NCBI GenBank assembly: GCA_046726415.1
Contig: JBKPAK010000303.1
Coordinates: 1-38,437, forward strand
Direction: 5' to 3'
DNA length: 38,437 nucleotides
Source of the DNA: Candidatus Methylomirabilota bacterium
GTDB lineage: Bacteria; Methylomirabilota; Methylomirabilia; Rokubacteriales; CSP1-6
Below, piece after piece: positions 1 through 9,231 of this stretch (positions within the stretch are counted from its first letter, which is position 1; each line of letters opens with the position of its first letter). A program made the translations under genes and the position numbers. Under the pieces are notes generated by a model. The model saw nothing but the letters and a program-made list of their open reading frames with translations, was not told the origin of the DNA and made no database searches.

Positions 1-1
1 G

Positions 2-799
2 GCGTGGATGATCGAGGACTATACGGGCAAGCGGACCTTTGAGCCGGGGGCCGAGGTCGTCATCCCGCGGCGCCCGTGGAATCCGGCGGGCGTCACCCCC
101 GACGGTTACCAGATCGTCCCCGTCCTCGTTTACCACAACCTCGGACCGCAGCCGAAGGGGCGCATGCTCTTGGGTGTCTCGACGTTCGAGGAGCAGATGC
201 GCTATCTCAAGGCGCACGGCTACCGCGTGATCAACATGCGCCAGTTTCTGGAGTTCGTCGATGGCAAGCGCCAGCTTCCCAGCAAGGCGGTGGTGCTGAC
301 GTTCGACGATGGCTACAAGTCGTTCCGGGAGCACGCAGAGCCGCTCCTCAAGCAGCTGGGCTTCACCGCGACCTTGTTCGTCTACACGGACTACGTGGGC
401 GCCGGGCTTTCCTGGAAGGATCTGCGCGAGTTGCGTGACGCCGGCTACGACATCGAGGCCCACTCGAAGACGCACGGCGATCTCAGAAGGAAGGAAGGGG
501 AGAGCACCACCGACTATGCGGCCCGGATGCGCGCGGAGCTGGGGGTGCCGCAGAACCTCTTCCGCCAGCATCTCGGGCGCCCCGCCGAGATCCTGGCGTA
601 CCCGTACGGTGCGTGGGATGACGACCTGCTCAAGCAGCTCGAGCAGTACGGCTACAGCGCCGCGTTCACCGTGCGCCGCGAGTCGAACTCGGCCTTCGTC
701 ACCCGCCGCAAGGTCCATCGCAGCCAGATTTACAGCGAGATGAGCATGGAGGAATTCGCGCGCAACCTCGACATCTTCCACGACGAGAAACTGAAGTGA
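2..799 (+). CDS. Polysaccharide deacetylase (NodB/CE4, IcaB/PgaB-like), 5'-partial
   Basis: CE4 motifs VLVYH, LTFDDG, HSKTH, LAYPYG. The frame is open to the window edge (AWMIED...), so the true start is probably upstream. Confidence 0.9.
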   Translation, partial: AWMIEDYTGKRTFEPGAEVVIPRRPWNPAGVTPDGYQIVPVLVYHNLGPQPKGRMLLGVSTFEEQMRYLKAHGYRVINMRQFLEFVDGKRQLPSKAVVLTFDDGYKSFREHAEPLLKQLGFTATLFVYTDYVGAGLSWKDLRELRDAGYDIEAHSKTHGDLRRKEGESTTDYAARMRAELGVPQNLFRQHLGRPAEILAYPYGAWDDDLLKQLEQYGYSAAFTVRRESNSAFVTRRKVHRSQIYSEMSMEEFARNLDIFHDEKLK

Positions 800-2034
800 T
801 GGCATCGCGGGCCTGGCTCGGCGTGGCCCTCGGGGCGCTCGCCGCCACCCTGGCCGCCTGCGCCACCGCGGCGCCGCCGCCCCCGCCACCTCCGCCGCCC
901 GTCCCGGCTCCCCGGGTCGAGACTCCGTTGCCGCCGCCTCCGCCGCCATCGCCGACCGTGTCGGCCCGGGCACGCCTGGCCGGGCCCCACAATGAGATAT
1001 CCGAGCAGTTGGAGAAAGCAGGTGACTTGCGGCGGGCGCTCGACGAACGCCTAATCGCCCTCACCATCGATCCCGACGATAAGGTCGCCCGGGAAGCCCA
1101 GCAGCGCCTCGAGGCCCAGATCGAGCGCGGGGTGGCCCAGCGCATCCAGGAAGGACGGACAGCGCTGGCCCGCGGAGCATACGGGGAGGCTCGCCGCCGC
1201 TTCCTCGCGGCCGTGGCCCTCGATCCGACCAACCGGAGCGCGCAGGAGGCGCTCCGGAACGAAGCGCCCGAGATGGACGTCGTCAACCACACGGTTCGCG
1301 GGGCAGAGACGCTCGCGTCCATCGCGCAGCAATACTACGGCGATAGCGCGCGGGCCGAGGTCATCGCGGACGCGAATAACGTCCTGCCCAACGCGCGGCT
1401 GTCGGCAGGGCGGACGATCAAGGTCCCCGAGATCCCGGGCGTTCCCTTCACACCGCCTACGCGCCGGGAGATACCGGCGATGCCTCCATTGGCCGTGCCC
1501 GCCCCGCCTCCTTCACCGGCGCCCCTTCCTGCGCCGGCACCAAGCGAGGCAGCGATCCCGCCGGCGCCTCCCTCTCCGCCACCGGCTCCGCCGCCCTCAC
1601 CCCTGGCGGGAGCCGAGAATGCGCTCGAGCGAAGGCAGTACATGGCGGCGCTGTCCGATGTGGACAAGTTCCTGGCCAAGAACCCCGGCAACGCCGAGGG
1701 GCTGGCGCTGAAAAAACAGGTGCTCTACCGGTTGGGAAAGAGCCAGTACGACCAGAAGAACTACGACGCGGCGTACCGCAATCTGACCGAGCTCGCCAAG
1801 CTGGCGCCGAGCTACGAGGACTCGTCAACCCTGATCCAGGATTCGCGGCGGCGGTTGATCGACCAGCATTACAGCCAGGGCATCCGCTACTACCGAGAGG
1901 AAAAGCTGCGGGAGGCCATCGCCGAGTGGCGTCTCGTGCTCGACCTCGATCCCCAGCACATCAACGCCAGACGCAACATCGAGCAGTCCGAGAAACTGCT
2001 CAAGGGCCTGGAGGAGCGCAAGAAGAAGCCGTGA
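796..2034 (+). CDS. Lipoprotein with Pro-rich linkers, TPR repeats and a LysM domain
   Basis: Signal peptide with lipobox LAAC; LysM-like HTVRGAETLASIAQQYYG...IKVP; TPR helices; start overlaps the upstream stop. Confidence 0.85.
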   Translation: MMASRAWLGVALGALAATLAACATAAPPPPPPPPPVPAPRVETPLPPPPPPSPTVSARARLAGPHNEISEQLEKAGDLRRALDERLIALTIDPDDKVAREAQQRLEAQIERGVAQRIQEGRTALARGAYGEARRRFLAAVALDPTNRSAQEALRNEAPEMDVVNHTVRGAETLASIAQQYYGDSARAEVIADANNVLPNARLSAGRTIKVPEIPGVPFTPPTRREIPAMPPLAVPAPPPSPAPLPAPAPSEAAIPPAPPSPPPAPPPSPLAGAENALERRQYMAALSDVDKFLAKNPGNAEGLALKKQVLYRLGKSQYDQKNYDAAYRNLTELAKLAPSYEDSSTLIQDSRRRLIDQHYSQGIRYYREEKLREAIAEWRLVLDLDPQHINARRNIEQSEKLLKGLEERKKKP

Positions 2035-2870
2035 GCGGATTGCCAACGAGAACCGCGAGATCCGCAGCTGCCCTTCCCGATATCCTTGCCCTCGACTTCG
2101 ACGGTGTGCTCTGCGAGGGCATGCACGAGTATTTCGAGACGAGCCGCCGGACATATTGTCGCATCTGGCCCGATGAGCCGGCGCCCGGAGCGGACGCGTT
2201 CGCGCCTTTCCAGACGTTGCGCCCGGTCATCCTGACGGGCTGGGAGATGCCAGTTCTCCTGAAGGCGATCGTCCAGGGCAGGGCGGCGTCGACCATCACC
2301 GCGAACTGGCTGTCGGTGCGCGACGCGATCATTCAGGGCGAGGCCCGTCACGGTGATGGCCTCGTCAAGACGCTGACCGCGACCCTCGATGAAGTGCGGC
2401 GGCAGTGGATCGCGTCGGATCCGCAGAGCTGGCTCCAGCATAATGCGCCGTACTGCGAACTCGATGAGCTGCGGCGCCTCGTGGCCCAGCCCGAGCGCGC
2501 CGTGCTCGTCACGACCAAAGAGGGCGAGTTCGCGCGCCGCATCTTGGAATCGTGGGACGTCCGGCTGGCCGACATCCAGGGCAAGGAGGCAGGGACCCAC
2601 AAGTGCGAGAACCTCCGCGCCCTCATCGACGCGTACGCGGGCGCGCATGGCCGCCGCCCGCGCCTGTGGTTCGTGGAGGATCGGCTCGAGACGCTGGAGC
2701 ACGTCACCACCCACTCTGACCTCGCGGACGTTGGGCTGTTTCTCGCGGCTTGGGGATACAACACGCCGGGAGCGAGGGCGCGTGCTGTCGCTAGTCAGCG
2801 CATCCTCCTCCTTCAGCTCGAGCAGTTCCGGCGAGGTCTCGCCGCCTGGCTAGTTTCCGCCAAGGGGTGA
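2031..2870 (+). CDS. HAD-superfamily hydrolase
   Basis: Motif I ALDFDGVLC, motif II VTTK, motif IV FVEDR, AWGY. GTG at 2031 overlaps the upstream TGA (GTGA), so it is preferred over the ORF-track start at 1926. Confidence 0.85.
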   Translation: MSGLPTRTARSAAALPDILALDFDGVLCEGMHEYFETSRRTYCRIWPDEPAPGADAFAPFQTLRPVILTGWEMPVLLKAIVQGRAASTITANWLSVRDAIIQGEARHGDGLVKTLTATLDEVRRQWIASDPQSWLQHNAPYCELDELRRLVAQPERAVLVTTKEGEFARRILESWDVRLADIQGKEAGTHKCENLRALIDAYAGAHGRRPRLWFVEDRLETLEHVTTHSDLADVGLFLAAWGYNTPGARARAVASQRILLLQLEQFRRGLAAWLVSAKG

Positions 2871-3014
2871 TCCATCGCCGCGGCCTCCTCGCCCCGGCCG
2901 TGGGGCGCTGATCGAGTTGGTTCCCGTAGCCCGGAGGTGGTCGATCATCCACCACCACCAGTGCGCGGGGGCCTTATCGATCTGCAACACTGTGATTCCA
3001 TGCGCTTTGCGGCC

Positions 3015-3029
3015 TGGCATCCGCGTTGC
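3015..3029 (+). promoter_or_regulatory. Putative sigma54 (-24/-12) promoter
   Basis: TGGCAT-CCGCG-TTGC fits the TGGCAC-N5-TTGC consensus, shortly upstream of RBS GGAGG (3048-3052) and ATG 3062. Confidence 0.65.
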
Positions 3030-3061
3030 CTTGAGAGTGGGCCATGGGGAGGTCTCAACCT

Positions 3062-3412
3062 ATGGCCCAATCGAGTCTCGAGAGCCAGGAGCAGTCCACG
3101 CGGGGCCAATCCACTGACCTGAGCGCGCGCATCCGAGCCGCGCGCAGGGACCTCGGATGGACGCAGCGAGAGGTCGCGCTCAAGGTCGGCATCACCGTCC
3201 GCAGCGTGTCTGGCTGGGAACGCGGCAAGGCGATCCCTCATGTCGGCAAACTGCAGGCGCTCGCCCTGGTCCTTGGTCAGGAGCCAGTTCAGTTCACGAC
3301 TAGCGCGAAGCTCCTGGCGGCCCAGCGGCGAGCGGGACGCGTCGGTCTCGCCGCGACGCGGATCGCCAACGGACTGCGTGCGGTCGAGCAGGGCTTGCGG
3401 ATCTCGAGCTGA
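3062..3412 (+). CDS. XRE-family helix-turn-helix transcriptional regulator
   Basis: IRAARRDLGWTQREVALKVGITVRSVSGWERGKAIP is a canonical HTH_3 motif; good RBS. Confidence 0.88.
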   Translation: MAQSSLESQEQSTRGQSTDLSARIRAARRDLGWTQREVALKVGITVRSVSGWERGKAIPHVGKLQALALVLGQEPVQFTTSAKLLAAQRRAGRVGLAATRIANGLRAVEQGLRISS

Positions 3413-3428
3413 TGGGCAGCGAGACATC

Positions 3429-3916
3429 ATGACCGTCGAGCGTGGACTCTCAACAGTAATGCTGCTGCTCGTGTGCGCAGTGGCCCCGGCCGTGGTTCGC
3501 GGGCAACAACCGCCGCCCTGGGCAGGGCCCCTGGAGACGGCGAACATCGCGCTCGCGCGTGGAGACGTGAGCGGGGCGGTAGCGGCGTGGCACGAAGGCT
3601 ATGGCGTCGCCCTGCGGAGTCGGACGTGGCAGGGGCTCGTCGAGACCGCTGAGGCCTATCTTCAGATCGCCGAGGCCGGATCGTTCCGCGCGTCGGCCAG
3701 GCCCATGGCCCGGCAGATCTATCTCAATGCGCTGACTCGCGCGAAGGCGCAGCGCTCCGTTGAGGGATTCTGCGGGTGGCGACGGCCTTCGATGCTCTCG
3801 GGGACCAAGAGGTGGTGGAGCACTGCGTGAAGGTCGCAGAAGGCGTGGCGCGCCGGCAGCGCGACGGGACCGCGATGGAGCAGGTTGCGGCCGCTCGCTC
3901 TCGCTTCGCACAGTAG
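3429..3916 (+). pseudogene. Secreted helical hypothetical protein with one frameshift near 3766 (possibly a sequencing indel)
   Basis: Signal peptide MTVERGLSTVMLLLVCAVAPAVVRG. After ...QRSVEG the helical sequence continues in another frame (LRVATAFDALGDQEVVEHCVKVAE...SRFAQ*), with the switch at a G-run. Confidence 0.6.
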
Positions 3917-3942
3917 ATGATCCGGCCGCGCGCGGCCAGACC

Positions 3943-4275
3943 ATGAGCCTCCGGCGCCCTGGAGTGTGTCGAAGTAGCGAGGAGCGCCACGGGTTCCCCG
4001 GGATGAGGCGCACGCAGGAGGTGTGGGGGCCATCCCGGAGGCCCCATTTTCAGCTAGCACCCGGCGCGCATGGCCGGCCACTTCGACGGCGAATAGCGGT
4101 GGCCGGAGTGGCGCTCACCCTGTACGGGGTCGTCCTGGGCTTCCTGGGAGGCGTGGCCGTCGATCGCATGCTCTTCGACCGAGAGCGCAACGCCGCGGTC
4201 AGCCGTCTCGAGCAGGCGTCGAGGAAACTTCACGGAGCGTTGATGGAACTGGAGCGTGAAACGGGCAAGCGGTGA
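3943..4275 (+). CDS. Small single-TM hypothetical membrane protein (start uncertain)
   Basis: Hydrophobic stretch IAVAGVALTLYGVVLGFLGGVAV followed by a coiled-coil-like tail. Confidence 0.55.
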   Translation: MSLRRPGVCRSSEERHGFPGMRRTQEVWGPSRRPHFQLAPGAHGRPLRRRIAVAGVALTLYGVVLGFLGGVAVDRMLFDRERNAAVSRLEQASRKLHGALMELERETGKR

Positions 4276-4385
4276 CCGCGCGGGTCGCACATGGCATGGT
4301 TGGCCGCGCCGCCGGATCAGATGAGCAGGGGCGCTCTTCGGTCATCCCCTGCCTTGATACGGTATACTACGGGCGTTCTTTCGCT

Positions 4386-4479
4386 GGAGAGGTGGCCGAG
4401 TCGGCCGAAGGCAGCCGCCTGCTAAGCGGTTACAGGGGCAAAACCTCTGTCCAGGGTTCGAATCCCTGCCTCTCCGCCA
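4386..4479 (+). tRNA. tRNA-Ser(GCT)
   Basis: GGAGAGG acceptor stem pairing with CCTCTCC, anticodon loop CT-GCT-AA, long variable arm, GGTTCGAATCC T-arm, encoded CCA. Confidence 0.97.
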
Positions 4480-4482
4480 CAC

Positions 4483-4559
4483 GCGCCCTTAGCTCAGTTG
4501 GATAGAGCGTCGGACTACGAATCCGAAGGTCGGGGGTTCGATTCCCTCAGGGCGCACCA
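4483..4559 (+). tRNA. tRNA-Arg(ACG)
   Basis: 77 nt; GCGCCC/GGGCGC acceptor stem, D-arm AGCTCAGTTGGATAGAGC, anticodon loop CT-ACG-AA, GGTTCGATTCC, encoded CCA. Only a 3-nt spacer separates it from tRNA-Ser. Confidence 0.97.
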
Positions 4560-4603
4560 TCACAAGCGCCTTACCCTTCCGGGACTTCCTGAACAGAAAG
4601 GTT

Positions 4604-5452
4604 CTAGCTTTCGCGTCCGTTGGAAGCCGCAACGTGCAGCGAGTCATACTTCTGTCGTACTTCGGTGCTCCCACTAGCCCCTTGGTAAGACCCCAGGGTC
4701 CTGACAGGGACCAGCAGCTCCACCGCGGCCTGCAGGTGGTTCGGCGCCAGGTGCGCGTACCGCTGCACCATCGCCAACGTCTTCCACCCGCCCAGCTCCT
4801 TCACCGTCAGGAGGTCCACGCCGGCCATCACCAACCTCGAGGCGAACGTGTGGCGGCCCCCGTGCCACGTGAAGCCCGTCATCATGGTTGTGTCCTTTCC
4901 GAATTCCTTGAGCTTGGCCACCGCCACGGGCTTGGTGAAGAACGCGGGCTGTCCGGGGCGAGGGTCGAAGACGTGTTCCTCGGGGTCATCCGGGCGTCGG
5001 CGGCGACTGCCTAGCTCTACGAACGCCGGCCGGACGATGCTGTTAATGGGGACCCTCCTACCCGTATGGTTCTTCGACGTCGGGATGGTGATGAAACCTC
5101 TCAGGAGGTCGATACCCTGCCACCTTATCCGCATCTGCTCGCTCCATCGTAGCCCGGTGTGGACGGCGATGAGGAAGTACGTGCGGTAGAGTGGGGGCAG
5201 CGCCTCGAGGACGGCCTGCTCCTGCTCGTGGTCGAGATACACCACTCGCCCGCCGCGCTCCGGAAACTTCGCCACGGTCCGGACGGGGTTCGAGGTCGCC
5301 ACCCCGTCGCGCAGGGCCAGCGTGTACATGGCGCTGAGGAGGTCCCGGTACCGATTCGCCGTTGACCGGGCAAGGCCCTTCTCGAGCAGCGCAGCCCGGA
5401 ACGCCTCGACATCCTGGGAGGTGATGGCGTCGAGGTACCGGTCCCCGAACCG
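4604..5452 (-). pseudogene. Phage/island tyrosine integrase, N-terminally truncated
   Basis: Catalytic motifs HTGLRWSE (R), WHGGRHTFASRL (HxxR), LGGW..MVQRYAHL (Y). The SAM-like segment FGDRYLDAITSQDVEAFR...STANRYRDLLSAMY lies upstream in frame but has no start; it abuts the tRNA-Arg 3' end. Confidence 0.88.
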
Positions 5453-5455
5453 AAA

Positions 5456-6012
5456 ATGCAGAGCAACACGCTCTCAGTCGTCCTCCGGGATGCCTGGGAC
5501 CACGGGAACCTCCAGGTCATCACCAAGCACACCCCGGAGCGCGCAACCGAGGCCCATATCTCCGTCATCGCCCACGTCACGGCAGAGGAGCTGCTGCGGG
5601 AACTGACGGACACGGAGCAGGTCAACGGCTTCGAAATCGCTTCCTGTTCTTCCTTGTCCGTCGCTCGAAGCGGTTGCCGGACGGCGCCGAGGTCCCCCCG
5701 CACATCACCACCAAGCTGGTGGACCTCCTGAAGGCCGCGCTGGGCCAGACCAAGAACATCACCACACCAGGGACGGGGAGGCGGCGGACCTGTGGCGGAC
5801 GGCCTACGACCATCTGACCGATGAGGTCCCCGGAATTGTCGGCGCGATGACGGCGCGCGCGGACGCCCAAGCGCTGCGCCTGTCGGTCGCCTATGCCTTG
5901 CTGGATGGATTCCCGGTCATCCGGTTACCGCACCTGCGCGCGGCCCTGGCGGTCGTGGAGTACGCTCGCGCCTCCGTCGAGTGGCTGTACGGGACGAAGA
6001 CGGGGGACCCTG
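5456..6012 (+). pseudogene. Remnant of a DUF3987/YfjI-type phage or satellite replication helicase domain
   Basis: NTLSVVLRDAWDHGNLQVITK...HISVIAHVTAEEL...NGF / NRFLFFLVRRSKRLP and ARADAQALRLSVAYALLD...HLRAALAVVEY, spread over several frames. Confidence 0.65.
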
Positions 6013-6560
6013 ATGTCGGGCGCCGGCGCACCGAGTGGGTTCCTCTCAGGAAGAGTGTGGCCTACCTCTTCCGGTACCGCGACGTGTCGCTCCAGAGCAA
6101 CGCGCGGTATCTCACGCGTTGGCCCAGGTCGAGGATCCGACGTCTGGGCTACGCGGCCTCGATGCCATCACCACCCGGAAGCGCTTGACCAAAGCCTTCA
6201 ATCCCGTGGCTCGGCCCGACGGCCAGCTCTTTACCGCGCTCATGAGTGGTGAGTATGTAGTCCACGGCTTCGCGAATCGCGATCTCCGCTCCAAGCTGGC
6301 GGCGACCGCCATCCGGCTTAGCGACGATCCGACGCGCCAGAGTGCCCAGGTCAGCCGCCTCCTGCACCGGCTCCACGTCTACGGCTTGGTGGCGAAGATC
6401 CCGCGGTCGCGCCGCTGGCGCGTCACCGCGTTCGGGCAGCGGATCATGAGCACCTCGGTCAAGCTCAGGCAGTGGCAGTTCCCCGACGAGTACGCCCGGG
6501 CTGCGTGAACTCCCAGAGACTTCTTCGAAAAAATCGGAGAACCAACGAAGGAAGAATCTA
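6013..6560 (+). mobile_element. 3' part and right end of an unclassified IS-like element
   Basis: EWVPLRKSVAYL...NARYL / GFANRDLR...VSRLLHRLHVYGLVAKIPRSRRWRVT, a wHTH-like C-terminus that I recall from a multicopy IS-like family. One frameshift; an A-rich end follows the stop at 6508. Confidence 0.55.
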
Positions 6561-6664
6561 CGCTCTCGGGCTGACACCGGGAACACTTCATCTAGGGCCT
6601 CCCGATGCGCCGGTTCTACTCAGTTCCTGACCAGAGCCAGCGAGATTCCGCAGATGAACCATCC

Positions 6665-6874
6665 TCACGATGGTAGCTGAGAACCGTCCTCAGTCGCCCG
6701 GTCGCCTACACGATCCCTAGCGCCGCGTGGGCGCGCTTCCGCCCAGTTGCGGAGCCACGCGGCCCGAGTCTCGGCACGTCTCCGCCGTGTCCGCTCGCGT
6801 CGGCATGCCGACGAGCAGACCGTCTGCCGTCCGCGAAGCCGGTTCACGCCGCAGATCGGGCAACGGGCCGGCAT
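6665..6874 (-). CDS. Small phage-like Zn-finger hypothetical protein
   Basis: CPICG...VCSSACRRER pattern (CxxC...CSxxCR) common in phage and island small proteins. Confidence 0.35.
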   Translation of the reverse strand: MPARCPICGVNRLRGRQTVCSSACRRERTRRRRAETRAAWLRNWAEARPRGARDRVGDRATEDGSQLPS

Positions 6875-6966
6875 GGGAAAATCCCCTACCAGGAAGCGTG
6901 CGCACGCTTCCTGCCGAGACTCCGGCAGCCTGGGGAGCGTCTACCATGGGGGCGATGGCGGGCTCG

Positions 6967-7505
6967 ATGGCTGAACCAGAGATGACTGCGGACGATGTCT
7001 GCCGCTTCCTGGACTTAGCGGACGCCCACAGCATCCGCATCTGGCTTGACGCGGCTGGGCGGTGGACGCTTGCCTCGGCTCCCAGACCAGACGTCACAGC
7101 GACCTCGACATCGTCATCGAAGAGCGCGATGCGCCCGTGGCCGTGGCCGCCCTTCAGCGTCGCGGGTATGCACCCGCGCCCCGTCCCGACACCCGCGCCT
7201 GGAACTTCGTCCTGGGCGACGACACTGGACACCGCATCGACATTCACGTCATCGTCCTCGACGAGCAGGGATGTGGTGTCTACGGACCGTCGGAGAACGG
7301 GGAGAGCTATCCATCCGAGGCACTGACCGGCAAGGGCAGCATCAAGGGCCGGACCGTGAACTGCATCACACCGGAGTGGCTGGTGCGATTCCACACTGGC
7401 GATCAGGTTGACGCGACCGATTGGGCCGACGTGGCAGCGCTGTGTGAGCGCTTCGGCATCCCCGTTCCAAGCGAGTACTCGTCACGTCGAGCAACATCGC
7501 CATGA
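6967..7505 (+). pseudogene. Lincosamide/aminoglycoside-2''-type nucleotidyltransferase (Lnu/ANT(2'')-like) with one frameshift near 7051
   Basis: MTADDV...IWLD|GGWAVDACLGSQTRRHSDLDIVI...RIDIHVIVLD...GSIKGRTVNCITPEWLVRFH. Restoring a single G in the GGW motif joins the two frames. Confidence 0.8.
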
Positions 7506-7520
7506 GGCTCACCCTCTGGT

Positions 7521-8040
7521 TTAGCCGTCATCCCTGAACCCGTGCCGCCACCTCTCCGCCTTAAGGATTTCCGTCACGATCGCTTCGATGTTCCTCCCCT
7601 CCCGGATGGCTCGTGCTGTCAGCCTCTTGGCCACGATCACCATACGGATACTGCCGTCGTGGAGCTGCTCGTGGTCGTAATGCATCCGCGGAAGCACCTC
7701 GGCGAGTTCCCTCGGAAACAGATGTGCAAAGTCGTCCACGGCTTGGAGATCGGGATGCGTGACCTCGAGCCGGCACAGCATCGCGCGGCATGCCATGTCC
7801 ACCACGTGCGTCTGCTGGAGTTCTTCACGCGCAAGCACCTGGGTATTGGCCGCGGCGGTGGCTGTGGACCACGGCGTCACGCGCGGTTCCGGCTGAAAGC
7901 GCGTTTCGAGCACGTGCAGCCGTTCCCACCGCCGCTGTTGCCGGGCCTGGTCTCGCGCTTGCGGGTCTTTTGGGGGTTTGAGGGCTTTGTCGATGACACC
8001 CGCCTGCTGATCCGATACCCCGTTGGTCCTGTCCGTCATG
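7521..8040 (-). pseudogene. Hypothetical protein remnant, probably chimeric
   Basis: CRAMLCRLEV motif region. The C-terminal AKRLTARAIREGRNIEAIVTEIL looks like a separate RHH-like fragment; the 5' end lies next to an IS110 end. Confidence 0.35.
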
Positions 8041-8084
8041 CTGGAGATCGCTGAGTTCGCAGTGCATCGTGCGGCGCGGCGCAC

Positions 8085-8211
8085 TGCCAATATGTTCCAC
8101 GGCTGGCCTCCCCCTCTTCGCGGCTTCGACCGCGCATACCTTTTGTGGGGGGGCGACTCTACGCCACCCACGTTCCGAGCGGGTGGCCAGCCACCGCTTC
8201 ATCCCATCTAT
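8085..8211 (-). mobile_element. Orphan IS110 left end (non-coding end plus first codons VEHIG)
   Basis: Closely matches 19474-19595, which leads into an IS110 transposase start (MEHVGIDVHK). Both copies end at CATCCCATCTAT. Confidence 0.8.
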
Positions 8212-8362
8212 GCTCTCAGGGCCCCCTTCCGGGCGGCGAAATCACCAACATCACTATTACGGGGACGTGCGGCGTGCCGTCGGGGGCCGTCGCCGCCCAC
8301 CTGAACTTCACCGTCGTCGGCCCTTGTGGCCGCCGGCCATGTGACTGTCTTTCCGACCGGTG
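8212..8362 (+). pseudogene. Fragment of a surface-protein domain
   Basis: SGPLPGGEITNITITGTCGVPSGAVAAHLNFTVVGP / AAGHVTVFPTG, resembling the recurring TCGVPxxAxAxxLNxTVV domain; cut on both sides by IS pieces. Confidence 0.55.
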
Positions 8363-8364
8363 AC

Positions 8365-8578
8365 GCGGCCGTCGCCAAGCTCATCCCCCGCCACCCGCCA
8401 AACCTCCTGACCTACCTGCGCCATCGCCTCACCAACGCCGGGCCCGGGGGAGGCAACGCCGTCATCCAGTGGGTCAAAAAGACCGCCCGCGGCTTTCGCA
8501 ACGCCGAGCACTCAAGGCGGCGATCTTACTTCCCCTGCGGGGGCCTAGATCTTTACCCACACGAAAGCCGGTAGAGCC
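8365..8578 (+). mobile_element. ISL3-family transposase C-terminal fragment with right terminal IR
   Basis: LTYLRHRLTNA...NAVIQWVKKTARGFRN...FPCGGLDLYP, ending in ...GAAAGCCGGTAGAGCC (reverse complement begins GGCTCT, the typical ISL3 terminus). Confidence 0.82.
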
Positions 8579-8606
8579 CATTTGTAATTCGAGTCCGACT
8601 CCACCT

Positions 8607-9181
8607 TTAGTGACACCCCACCGTGACGATGGCATCAGAGCCCTGGATCAGTTGCCCGCTCGTAGTATTCCCGCTGAGCGAGGCCGAAGCATCCTCACAC
8701 TGGAAGTCCGTCTCCTGAGTCCCGAAGTGGAGGATCAGATCAGGACGCCCATCGCGATTGATATCCTTGAGGCTAGACTGCACCGCCGCTGCCTCCGTGC
8801 CGGTCCTCCCAAAGCGAACCGTCGTTGAATCTACTGTCGTAGCATCAAGGTTATCCGTCGTCAGGATGGACACCGGGATCACCCCTCGGCTTCTGGGAGC
8901 GATAAAGTTGGTGTCGTCGTCGGGCATGACGTCGATGGCAACAACCTCTACGTGGCTTGGATTCACAAAGGTCCTGAAGTGAAGATCTTCGCTGAGTTGT
9001 CCAAAGACGGAGTCTAATCTTCTATAAGCCGTGCCCCCGTCGTACTGTCCGCCGAACGCCCACTCATATCTCTCATTGAAGGAGGGTGGGTCGTTTGACG
9101 CACTTGAGTTCAGAACCTTTGCGAACAATTCACCCCCCGATACTGCTACCGCTTCCGCACTCAAGTCAAAAGGGATCAGTG
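8607..9181 (-). pseudogene. C-terminal part of a secreted protein with an IDIKP/dockerin-like C-terminal domain, truncated at the 50-bp repeat
   Basis: VAIDVMPDDDTNFIAPRSRGVIPVSILTT...DINRDGRPDLILHF...GSDAIVTVGCH. Upstream of about 9182 the frame reads through the repeat and is not protein-like. Confidence 0.65.
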
Positions 9182-9231
9182 GAGCATAGACGAGACAAAG
9201 GCCCAGTTGACGGAACAGGCGTTCTCGGCAC
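9182..9231 (+). repeat. 50-bp direct repeat, copy 1 (putative transposon end or recombination site)
   Basis: GAGCATAGACGAGACAAAGGCCCAGTTGACGGAACAGGCGTTCTCGGCAC; differs from 11129-11178 at one position. Confidence 0.9.

Noticed and set aside
870..1610. CCG-rich tandem-looking tracts (also 9845-9960 and ACG-rich 24120-24310)
   Set aside because: They encode poly-Pro or poly-Thr linkers; there is no repeat-spacer periodicity, so this is not a CRISPR or other array.
4020..4050. GGGGCC-N8-GGCCCC hairpin followed by ATTTT
   Set aside because: Could be a REP-like element or terminator, but it is single-copy here and lies inside a possible ORF, so it cannot be assigned.
8207..8215. TCTATGCTC matches the reverse complement of the first 9 nt of the 50-bp repeat
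   Set aside because: Only 9 nt, and 5 of them belong to the IS110 end; too short to call an inverted partner.
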